This document shows positions 24,531 to 32,584 of a stretch of DNA of 64,000 bases, one piece after another. The stretch is from assembly GCA_033875315.1 (NCBI GenBank), contig JANRJG010000014.1, forward strand, positions 115,166-179,165, written 5' to 3'. Numbering within the stretch: the stretch's first letter is position 1; each line of letters begins with the position of its first letter. The stretch comes from Candidatus Methylacidiphilales bacterium (GTDB taxonomy: Bacteria > Verrucomicrobiota > Verrucomicrobiia > Methylacidiphilales > CAZTYG01). The notes under the pieces are model-generated. The model was given only the letters and a program-made list of their open reading frames with translations, ran no database searches and was not told the origin of the DNA. Position numbers and translations under genes: made by a program.

Positions 24531-27500
24531 ATGGAAAACGAAACCACCCGCCCCGGACTGGTCCGGGTCCTTCTGGCCCAGGCCCAAGTGGCCTTCCACG
24601 ACAATGCGGTCAAGCTGGTCCTGATTGGCCTGGCCTCGGCCGTGCTGAGCCCGGCGCAGGCCGCCCACTGCGTCAGCATTCTTGCCCTGCTGCTGGTCGT
24701 GCCCTTCGTGATGTTCGGCCCCCTTGCCGGATGGATGGCGGACCGTTTTGCCAAGGATCGCATCTTCCGCTGGGCCTTGGTGGCCCAGGCGGGCATCACG
24801 CTCTGGGTCATGACGGCGGTTCACCTGGAGGCGCTGGGCTGGGCGGTGGCCGGGTTCTTCCTGCTCGGATTGCAGGCGACGTTCTTCTCCCCGGCCAAGC
24901 GGGGCATCCTGAAAGACCTGGTCGGTTCCCGTCGTCTGGCCCAGGCCACCGGCGCGTCGGAAAGCCTGGTGGTGCTGTCGATTTTGGTGGGCAGTGTGGT
25001 GGGAGGGGCGGTCTTTGACCAACAAATGGCCCATCAGGGCGGGCCCTGGATTGGGGCTTTCATGGCACTGGCGATCTTCTTGACCGGCTGCGTGGGGGCC
25101 TGGTTGCTGGTCTGGGGCGTGCGTGCGGCCCCGGTTGTTGAGTCGGGGGCACGTCCTTTTGAATGGTCCTTGGTTTGGGGCCATGGGGCGCAGGTGGCCC
25201 AACTGGTCCGCCAACCCGGTCTCTTCAAAGCAGCCCTCGGCGAAGCGGCTTTTTACTTCATGGGTGGTGCGGTCATGGTTTCGTTGACCCAATGGGTCCA
25301 GGAAGATTTGGCCGGAGCTTTGGGCACGGCCAGCCGGACCGGCTTCCTCATGGCTTTGATGGGTGGTGGGGTGATTCTGGGCAGCTTGCTGGCGGCGGGT
25401 ATTTGTCGCCGAACGATCCGCCTCGGGTTGGTTCCGCTGGGCGCGATGTTCATGACCCTGGCCCTCTGGCTGATGGCAGTCACCACCGGGCATCCCATGG
25501 CATTTGCCGCCGCCTTGATGCTCCTCGGTGTCAGCGGCGGGCTTTTCCTGGTTCCGGTGAGTTCATACCTGCAGGATCGATCCAGAGAAGATGAACGCGG
25601 CAATATCCTGGCTGCGACGAACCTTCTATCCAGCCTGGGAGGCATGCTGGCCGTGGGGTTGCAATTCGGTTTGGCATCGATGCTGCATGTGCCCGTGCGC
25701 GGACAATTGCTGGTCTATGGATTTCTCGCCGCGGGCCTCGCGGTGTATCTCTTGTTCCTTCTTCCGGACGAAGTGCTGCGACTGGCCGGGCTGGCTCTGG
25801 CCCGGGCGGTCTACCCGACCCGGATCGTCGGCGCGGAAAACATCCCCAACCGGGGTGGGGTGCTCATTGTTTGCAACCACGTCAGCTACGCCGACACCTT
25901 CCCACTGGCGGGCTCGTGTGTGCGTCCGATCCGGTTCCTTTCCCTCGATTCCCTGTTCAAAGTGCCCCTGCTGGGTGTGGTATTGCGCATCTTCGGCTGC
26001 ATCCCGGTATCCCCGCACAAGGCCAAGGAGGCGTTGAAGCGGGCGAGCGAGGCCCTGCAGCGTGGCGAAGTGGTCTGCCTCTTTCCCGAGGGCCAGTTGA
26101 CCCGCACCGGGTCGTTGATGGAATTGAAACCGGGCTTTGAACTGATTGCCCGCCGGGCTGGTTGCCCGGTGGTGGTGGCGCACCTTGATGGGCTCTGGGG
26201 ATCGATTTTTTCCTTTGCCGGGGGACGCTACTTTTTCAAATGGCCCGCCCGTTGGCGGGTGCCGATCACGGTGACTTACTCGAAACCCCTGGCCCCGGAA
26301 GAAGCCACCACGGCCCGCGTGCGCCAATTGATGCTGGAGATGGGGGCGGATGCTTTCGCGGGCCGCGAGGAGGTGCGGAACCATCTGGGACGCGCCCTGC
26401 TGCGCCAGATGAAAACCAGACCATGGGAGACGCAGTTGGTGGACTGCACGGATTCGCCCCGCTCCTACTCCCGCGGACGGCTGCTGTCGGCCTCGCTCGC
26501 GCTGGCCGGGCGCTGGAAGCGCACACTGCCGGCACGCCGGGTGGGCGTGGTCCTTCCGCCCGGTTATGCCGGAACCGTGACCAACCTGGCCTTGATTTTC
26601 GCGGGCAAAATCCCTGTCAACCTCAACCCCACCGCCGGGCCGTCCGCGGCCGGACACTCCCTGAAAAGTGCCGGGGTCGAAACGGTGATCACGGCCGCGG
26701 TGTTGCGTCGCAAATTGGGCAAATTCCCCTGGCCGGAGCAGACCCTGGATCTGGCGGACGAAGCGGCGAAACTTGGCATTCCGGAAAAAATCAGCGCCCT
26801 GATAGGTGCCTGGGCCGTTCCTTATCGCTATCTGAAACACCGCCTCGGCTTGCCCGCCCGTGGGGGCGACGAAGAAGCCGCCCTGCTCTTCACCAGCGGA
26901 AGCAGCGGCCTGCCCAAGGGGGTTCCCTTGAGCCATGCCAATCTGCTCGGCAACGCCCTCCAGATCCGAGACATCGAATTGGTCCAACGGCATGACCGCA
27001 TCCTGAGCGGACTGCCGCTTTTCCACAGTTTCGGCCTGACGGTCGGCCTGCTCTGCCCGCTGCTCGGACGCTGGACTCTTGTCACCGTGCCCTCACCCTT
27101 GGAAAGCGATAAGATCGCCCGGGCCGGGCGGGAGGGGAAAGCTTCGCTCCTGCTTGGGACACCCACCTTCCTGCGGCAGTGGATGAAACGAATGGACACC
27201 ACGGATTTCCCGAACCTTCGCCTGGCCATCACCGGGGCGGAAAAGCTGCCCGCGCCCCTGGCACAAGCCTTCCAAGAAAAGTTCCATGCCCCGGTCATGG
27301 AAGGCTACGGCCTGACCGAAACTTCGCCAGTGGCCTCGTTCAATCTGCCTGATCCCGGCCTGGGGCTGGGGGCTGGCAGTGTGCAGAAGGGCCACCGGCC
27401 CGGCTCGGTCGGCCGGATGTTGCCCGGTCTGGCCGCCCGGCTGACCGATCCCGCTACCGGCGAACCGATGCTGACCGGTCCGGGCATCCTCGCCTTCCGG

Positions 27501-27950
27501 GGGGTCAATGTCCTCAAAGGTTATCTGGGGGGCCAGGAGTCGGATAAGTTTCACCAGGGTTGGTTCCTCACCGGCGACCTCGCCCGCTTTGATGATGATG
27601 GTTTCCTGTATATTGAGGGACGATTGAGCCGCTTTTCCAAAGTGGGAGGGGAAATGGTGCCCCACCTGGCAGTGGAGGAGGCGATCCAGAAAGCCTTCCC
27701 GGCGGAAAACGAAAAAATTCCCGACTGCGTGCTGGGACTGCCCGACGGCGAGAAAGGGGAACAACTGGTTCTGCTGACCACCCGCACCCTCGACTTGGCG
27801 GCTGTCCGGGACGGCCTGGCCGCGGCCGGAATGCCCAACCTATGGGTGCCGAAAAAGATATTGCCGGTGGAAAACATCCCTGTGCTCGGCAGTGGCAAGT
27901 TGGACTTTGGTGCCTGCAAAAAACTGGCGGAGGAGCTGGCACGCTCATGA
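24531..27950 (+). CDS. aas: triple-fusion lysophospholipid transporter (MFS, LplT-like) / PlsC acyltransferase / acyl-ACP synthetase (Aas-like)
   Basis: About 12 TM helices at the N-terminus. HX4D acyltransferase motif NHVSYAD. AMP-binding motifs TSGSSGLPKG and GYGLTE. ATG at 24531 (MENETTRPG). Confidence 0.8.
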   Translation: MENETTRPGLVRVLLAQAQVAFHDNAVKLVLIGLASAVLSPAQAAHCVSILALLLVVPFVMFGPLAGWMADRFAKDRIFRWALVAQAGITLWVMTAVHLEALGWAVAGFFLLGLQATFFSPAKRGILKDLVGSRRLAQATGASESLVVLSILVGSVVGGAVFDQQMAHQGGPWIGAFMALAIFLTGCVGAWLLVWGVRAAPVVESGARPFEWSLVWGHGAQVAQLVRQPGLFKAALGEAAFYFMGGAVMVSLTQWVQEDLAGALGTASRTGFLMALMGGGVILGSLLAAGICRRTIRLGLVPLGAMFMTLALWLMAVTTGHPMAFAAALMLLGVSGGLFLVPVSSYLQDRSREDERGNILAATNLLSSLGGMLAVGLQFGLASMLHVPVRGQLLVYGFLAAGLAVYLLFLLPDEVLRLAGLALARAVYPTRIVGAENIPNRGGVLIVCNHVSYADTFPLAGSCVRPIRFLSLDSLFKVPLLGVVLRIFGCIPVSPHKAKEALKRASEALQRGEVVCLFPEGQLTRTGSLMELKPGFELIARRAGCPVVVAHLDGLWGSIFSFAGGRYFFKWPARWRVPITVTYSKPLAPEEATTARVRQLMLEMGADAFAGREEVRNHLGRALLRQMKTRPWETQLVDCTDSPRSYSRGRLLSASLALAGRWKRTLPARRVGVVLPPGYAGTVTNLALIFAGKIPVNLNPTAGPSAAGHSLKSAGVETVITAAVLRRKLGKFPWPEQTLDLADEAAKLGIPEKISALIGAWAVPYRYLKHRLGLPARGGDEEAALLFTSGSSGLPKGVPLSHANLLGNALQIRDIELVQRHDRILSGLPLFHSFGLTVGLLCPLLGRWTLVTVPSPLESDKIARAGREGKASLLLGTPTFLRQWMKRMDTTDFPNLRLAITGAEKLPAPLAQAFQEKFHAPVMEGYGLTETSPVASFNLPDPGLGLGAGSVQKGHRPGSVGRMLPGLAARLTDPATGEPMLTGPGILAFRGVNVLKGYLGGQESDKFHQGWFLTGDLARFDDDGFLYIEGRLSRFSKVGGEMVPHLAVEEAIQKAFPAENEKIPDCVLGLPDGEKGEQLVLLTTRTLDLAAVRDGLAAAGMPNLWVPKKILPVENIPVLGSGKLDFGACKKLAEELARS

Positions 27951-28549
27951 AAACCGTCCTTCTGGATGGATTTTGCGGGAATCACTCGCGCATGGGCCGG
28001 ATGGCACGGACGCTTTCCGATGAAAGCGGGCATGTTTGCCAGATTCTGCGCTACGACTCGAGCGGGCGCACCGAGATAGGCCCATTGGGCGCCCGGCTGG
28101 CCGAAAGCCTCGGGGATTTGAAAGAACCCTTCCATGCGGTGGGCTACAGCATGGGCGGCCTGGTCATCCGCGAGGCCCTGCGTCAGTCGCCCGACCTGCC
28201 ACTCCGGCGGGCGGTTTTTCTGCATACGCCGCACCGCGGCACCTGGATGGGACAATTCCTCGGCCTGCCCGCCGTGCGGCAAATACGTCCGGGAAGCCCC
28301 TTTCTGCAACAACTCGCACAGGCCACATGGAGCACACCGACTTTGAACATCTGGTGTCCCGGCGATCTGATAGTGGTGCCGGGCTGGCAGGCACGTTGGG
28401 AAAAGGCCACAGTGGAAGAATGCTGCCACGTCCCCGGTCATGTCTGGCCGCTGTTCTCGAAGAACATGCACCAGAGGATCGCGATTTTTTTGAAGGGCCA
28501 TCCACACGAATCCACGGAGTGCGGTAATGGATCCAGTCAAAACCAATGA
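27947..28549 (+). CDS. alpha/beta hydrolase (lipase/esterase-like)
   Basis: ATGA overlap with the aas stop. MKTVLLDGFCGN and GxSxG as GYSMGG. Confidence 0.65.
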   Translation: MKTVLLDGFCGNHSRMGRMARTLSDESGHVCQILRYDSSGRTEIGPLGARLAESLGDLKEPFHAVGYSMGGLVIREALRQSPDLPLRRAVFLHTPHRGTWMGQFLGLPAVRQIRPGSPFLQQLAQATWSTPTLNIWCPGDLIVVPGWQARWEKATVEECCHVPGHVWPLFSKNMHQRIAIFLKGHPHESTECGNGSSQNQ

Positions 28550-29522
28550 CCAAGGCCCCAAGAAAAAGAACCAACACATGAACCAAAAACAACTCAAACC
28601 CCACTTGGAAGAATGGTCACGGAAAGGCCTGATCCAACCCACCCAGGCCGAGGCCATCCTCGCCCTCTATCCTACCTCAGGAAGAAATTATTGGACGATC
28701 GCCTTTGCCGTCATCGGGACCTTTCTGATCCTGGGCGGCGTGATCCTGATCCTATCCAGCAACTGGGAAGACATTCCCGACACCGTGAAAATGGCCGGAC
28801 TGCTGGCCTTGCTGGCGGCCTCGTTGATCACCGGGGTGGAGGCCCAACGGCGCGGCATGAACCGGGCCTGGTGGGAATGCGGCTACCTCGGGGCGGCGGT
28901 TTTTCCTCTCCTCGGCCTGATGCTGGTCAGCCAGATTTTTCATGTGCAGGGGAAGGCCACCGGGTTGGTGTTGGTGTGGACACTGGCCACGCTCCCCTTG
29001 CCCTTGTTGACCCGCAGTGTCAGCACCTGGGTCGTACAGATCCTGGCCCTGATGTCCCTGCTCATCTGCGCCAAGGAAGACGGATACCTGGGCGCCCGCT
29101 ACGACTTCCATCAATGGTGCCAGGTGTGGATGGCTTTCGGGGGTCTTTTGGCCCTGCTTTCCCAGGCCTGGCATCGCGTCGGAGAAAAAATCCAGGCCGG
29201 CCTCGGAGAGTTCTGGGGACTCTTGATGGTTTTCATCGCCGCTTACGTCTGGGGCTTTGAGTTGAAACCTTGGTTCGGTTGGTGGACGTTGGTGTTCCTG
29301 GGGGCTCTCGGATTGATATACCGGGGCTACCTCCGGGCCAAGGCCCACCAAGTCAACATGGGCTTCGTCATGGTCGCCCTGGTCACGCTCTCGGTTTTCT
29401 TCCGCTTGGTCGGCACGATGTTCAACACCGGTCTGATCTTCATCGCTGGCGGCGGCATGATCATCCTCACGGTATGGGGCCTGAACCGGATCAGGAAACA
29501 AGTGCTGGGAGGAATCGGGTGA
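28527..29522 (+). CDS. DUF2157-like polytopic membrane protein
   Basis: LEEWSRKGLIQPTQAEAILALY followed by about 9 TM helices. Alternative ATG at 28578. Confidence 0.6.
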   Translation: MDPVKTNDQGPKKKNQHMNQKQLKPHLEEWSRKGLIQPTQAEAILALYPTSGRNYWTIAFAVIGTFLILGGVILILSSNWEDIPDTVKMAGLLALLAASLITGVEAQRRGMNRAWWECGYLGAAVFPLLGLMLVSQIFHVQGKATGLVLVWTLATLPLPLLTRSVSTWVVQILALMSLLICAKEDGYLGARYDFHQWCQVWMAFGGLLALLSQAWHRVGEKIQAGLGEFWGLLMVFIAAYVWGFELKPWFGWWTLVFLGALGLIYRGYLRAKAHQVNMGFVMVALVTLSVFFRLVGTMFNTGLIFIAGGGMIILTVWGLNRIRKQVLGGIG

Positions 29523-29551
29523 GTCTCCACGCAGACAAGGAAAGAAGAACC

Positions 29552-30022
29552 ATGAGAACAAGACTGTTGTATACGTTATTGGCCGTGCAGATGCTGGGAT
29601 TGGTGGCGCTCTATGCCTGGCATCAGGCGGGTTTGGGCTATCCCAGTGTCATGTTGAAGACCCTGCCGGTGGATCCCCGCGATCCGCTCCGTGGAGACTA
29701 CATCATTTTGAACTACGAGATCAGTCGGGTGCCGGAAGATTTCAACCACCAAGAACACGAAGGGCGCGAAGTCTTTGTGATACTCAAGGACGTAGGGGGA
29801 TTTGCGGCAGTCGAGCGGGTGCAGCTGTGGGACCCGGGTTATGGGGAACGTTTCATCAAGGGCCGGGTGAAAGGAACCCGGATCGAGTACGACCTGGAAA
29901 AATTCTTCGTCCCCGAAGGCAAGGGCAATCCGCCGTTGCCGATCACGGTGGAGGTGTCTTTGCGGGGCGACGGGCATGCGCAGATCAAGCGTCTCTTCTC
30001 CCAAGGAAAGCCGTGGCCGTAA
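29552..30022 (+). CDS. GDYXXLXY domain protein
   Basis: N-terminal TM, then PVDPRDPLRGDYIILNYEIS (the GDYxxLxY motif itself). Confidence 0.75.
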   Translation: MRTRLLYTLLAVQMLGLVALYAWHQAGLGYPSVMLKTLPVDPRDPLRGDYIILNYEISRVPEDFNHQEHEGREVFVILKDVGGFAAVERVQLWDPGYGERFIKGRVKGTRIEYDLEKFFVPEGKGNPPLPITVEVSLRGDGHAQIKRLFSQGKPWP

Positions 30023-30030
30023 AAGCAGCA

Positions 30031-30073
30031 GGGGAGTTTTTGAACAGAAGGCAACAAAGGTAACGGAGCAAGG
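30031..30073 (+). repeat. degenerate solitary arm of the 9-nt-period repeat family
   Basis: GGGGAGTTTTTGAAC AGAAGGCAAC AAAGGTAAC GGAGCAAGG, 9 nt after the GDYXXLXY gene stop. Confidence 0.4.
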
Positions 30074-30123
30074 TAGTGTTGGCGACGCAGCAAAGCCCGG
30101 GAACAATTCGTGAATAGACAGAG

Positions 30124-30909
30124 TTACAATTTGACCGCCACTATTACGAGCCGCTGCCACCACCAGGTGGTTTTTCCCTGGTCATTTTCGTCAAGGTGGA
30201 ACAGCTCCCGGGCTTCCGCCGGAGCGGTGCGGATGCGTTCACGAACCAACCTGCGGTTTTCCGGACTGGTATTGGCGGTGGTGAAATACCATTCCAGATC
30301 GGGTTGTTTCATGGGCTGGATTTCGGAGTGCGTCACCTTCAGGCCGACGTGGCCACAGAGATGGATCCATTTCTGCGGGGTGATGAACCGGCCATGGGAG
30401 GGGTCGCGGAGCTTTTCAATTTCGTGAATCCACGCCTCGGCCACGGGGTGTCCGTCTTCGACCGTGCCATCGATGAGGAGAAGCTTTCCGCCCGGCTTCA
30501 AGACCCGGGCGGTCTCCATGCAGAACGTGGCGGGGCAGGAAAAGTGGTGGGCAGCGATGCGACAGGTGAGGAGATCGAATTCTCCGTCGGCATAAGGCAG
30601 GGACTCGGCGGGATGTTCCCGGGTTTCCAGCGCCACCCCGGCATCGGCCGCCAGGGTCCGGGTCTGCACCAGCATCCCCGGGGCGATATCGGCCGCGGTG
30701 ACGACAAGGCCTTGGTGGGCGAAGAAGACGGCCGTGTGCCCGGCCCCGGTGGCCACATCGATCGCCTTCATGCCGGCCCGCAGGCCGAGATGGGGTAGGG
30801 CCGATTCCAAATCGCTGGTTTGACTGAGGATATGCCCGGCGCCATAAGCGGCACTCTGACGGTCGAACTGTTCACGTGAGGCCGTTTGGGTGGAATCCAA
30901 TCCGCACAT
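30124..30909 (-). CDS. class I SAM-dependent methyltransferase
   Basis: IDVATGAGHTA (motif I), FDLLTCRIAAHHF and LKPGGKLLLID. Confidence 0.8.
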   Translation of the reverse strand: MCGLDSTQTASREQFDRQSAAYGAGHILSQTSDLESALPHLGLRAGMKAIDVATGAGHTAVFFAHQGLVVTAADIAPGMLVQTRTLAADAGVALETREHPAESLPYADGEFDLLTCRIAAHHFSCPATFCMETARVLKPGGKLLLIDGTVEDGHPVAEAWIHEIEKLRDPSHGRFITPQKWIHLCGHVGLKVTHSEIQPMKQPDLEWYFTTANTSPENRRLVRERIRTAPAEARELFHLDENDQGKTTWWWQRLVIVAVKL

Positions 30910-31011
30910 AAAGGCAATCTTACCCAGCCACCGGGCCGAGACAAACCTTCTCCGTTTGCATTAGATGAACGTTTCCTTGAACGGGAAACTGATCCAAACA
31001 AACAATGTCAC

Positions 31012-31254
31012 ATGATGGCCCCAGTTTTACCGTCCTGTCGGATTCACGAGCACCTTGAAACCCGCGAAGTCGAGCGGATCAAGCGACTGCTCGGACGGAT
31101 CAGTTGGGGCTTGGGGAACCCCATCCAGGCCCGGGACATCGACGACGAAACCGTCCTGAGCCATTGCCCTTACATGAAGCCCAACGGGCCGTCGCAGTTG
31201 TGCACCCATGCCTGCCATCTGCACCATTTGGTTTTCGCCGAAAGCTGGCCGTAG
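31012..31254 (+). CDS. small Cys/His-rich hypothetical protein (80 aa)
   Basis: ATG ATG at 31012. Strong GC3 bias in this frame. The C-terminal half SHCPYMKPNGPSQLCTHACHLHH has 3 Cys and 5 His. No family recognised. Confidence 0.45.
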   Translation: MMAPVLPSCRIHEHLETREVERIKRLLGRISWGLGNPIQARDIDDETVLSHCPYMKPNGPSQLCTHACHLHHLVFAESWP

Positions 31255-31257
31255 CTG

Positions 31258-31456
31258 AAACGATGTAGTTGGTTGACCACAGAGGACACAGTGAACACAG
31301 AGGAAGAGAGAGGGTCGTGCGGCTATTCTTTTTGGTCACCATTCGGTGATGCTGAGTACAAAGGCAATGTAGTTGGAATCATTCGTAATCATTGTATTTC
31401 AAACGATTTAACTCTGTGATCTCTGTGTCCTCTGTGGTTAAACTGCATTTTTCCGG
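31258..31456. repeat. inverted pair of 9-nt-period repeat arms around a 97-nt unique core
   Basis: Left arm: ATGTAGTTGGTTGACC ACAGAGGAC ACAGTGAAC ACAGAGGAA. Reverse complement of the right arm: CCGGAAAAATGCAGTTTAACC ACAGAGGAC ACAGAGATC ACAGAGT. Confidence 0.7.
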
Positions 31457-31569
31457 CTTAGAGTCTTGGTGGTTAATCAGCTGTATCGTTGCGGCTGATG
31501 TCTATCCCCAGCATGGACGGGGAAAAGATTTCCGGAATAGAAAAGCCTGATCCGGCGTCTTATGAGGGT

Positions 31570-31968
31570 ATGAAAACCGTCCTCTCCCTCCTCTGTCTCA
31601 CCGTCCTGGCCGTGTTCACCGTCCAGGCCGGGGAAAACGCCGTCAAAGAAATCAGCCACGCCGATCTGCAGAAAGCCATCAGCGATGGCAAGGTTCTCCT
31701 GATCGACGTCAATGGCTCCGAAAGTTACAAGCAGGGCCACATCCCCGGTGCCATCGATTTCCAATCGAAGAAGGATGATCTGGCCAAACACCTGCCCAAG
31801 GACAAAGGCGCCCTGGTGGTGGCTTATTGCGGCAACGAGCACTGCGGCGCATACATGCGCGGGGCCAAAGCCGCACTCGATCTGGGTTACACCAATGTGG
31901 CCCACTACAAGCCCGGCATCGCCGGATGGATCGCCAGCAAAGGTGAGATCGAGAAACCGAAATCCTGA
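31570..31968 (+). CDS. secreted rhodanese-domain protein
   Basis: Signal peptide MKTVLSLLCLTVLAVFTVQA. GHIPGAI and active-site loop YCGNEHCGA. Confidence 0.8.
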   Translation: MKTVLSLLCLTVLAVFTVQAGENAVKEISHADLQKAISDGKVLLIDVNGSESYKQGHIPGAIDFQSKKDDLAKHLPKDKGALVVAYCGNEHCGAYMRGAKAALDLGYTNVAHYKPGIAGWIASKGEIEKPKS

Positions 31969-31987
31969 ACCAACGTCCTCTCAACAA

Positions 31988-32020
31988 GCGCATGGGTGTC
32001 CACACCCATGCGCTTTTTTT
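31988..32020. terminator. Rho-independent terminator (11-bp perfect stem plus T7)
   Basis: GCGCATGGGTG tcca CACCCATGCGC TTTTTTT. Lies between the convergent rhodanese and cupin genes. The T-tract overlaps the cupin stop codon. Confidence 0.8.
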
Positions 32021-32519
32021 ACGCCCCGTGGTCCGGTGGCTTGATGACGATCCCGTAGTTCGGGGCCACCGCCAACAAGCGTTCGAAGTCAGCACTGCCC
32101 GGGGGGATGGGATCGGCCACGGCCGAGGGCAATTCGGTGCCCACTTCCGCCAGGAAACGGTCGAACCCGGCGGGAAGGCAGTGGATCAGCATCCGGGCCG
32201 ATTTTCCCGAAAGATTCTTGAAGCTGTGCAGCGTTCCGCGGGGGATCTGCAAAAAGGAGCCGGGCTTAGCCACGATGGTGCGGTCGCCAGCAGTGAATGT
32301 GATCTCGCCCTCCAACACGTAGAAGGTCTCCTCCTCGCGGGTGTGGAAATGGGGCGGGGGCCCACCTCCGGGGGGAACGGTGGCTTCCAACAGGCAATAG
32401 GCCCCGGCTGTCTGATCTGCGTCGGCCAAAATGGTGTATCGGTCTCCCGCCGCCGACCATGTTTTACCGATGCCCGGTGGGTGTACGATCAGGCTGGCGG
32501 CCGCATGCGGGGAGCTCAT
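32019..32519 (-). CDS. cupin domain protein
   Basis: PPHFHTREEETFYVLEGEITF ... IPRGTLHSF. ATG at 32517-32519. Confidence 0.75.
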   Translation of the reverse strand: MSSPHAAASLIVHPPGIGKTWSAAGDRYTILADADQTAGAYCLLEATVPPGGGPPPHFHTREEETFYVLEGEITFTAGDRTIVAKPGSFLQIPRGTLHSFKNLSGKSARMLIHCLPAGFDRFLAEVGTELPSAVADPIPPGSADFERLLAVAPNYGIVIKPPDHGA

Positions 32520-32584
32520 GGGACAAGGATAATCCAGGGCAGGAGCATCTGCCACAGGATTTTGCCTCACCGCCTATGAAGCCA

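Noticed and set aside
24396-27026. Minus-strand ORFs 24396..25493 and 25626..27026 opposite the aas fusion gene
   Set aside because: Arg/Pro/Gly/His-rich shadow frames. The plus strand carries clear MFS, HX4D and AMP-binding motifs.
31258-31456. Could the short tandem units (here and at 3.5, 7.6, 58.6 kb) be a CRISPR array?
   Set aside because: The units are 8-9 nt, directly contiguous with no spacers, only 3-4 per arm, and no cas genes are present.
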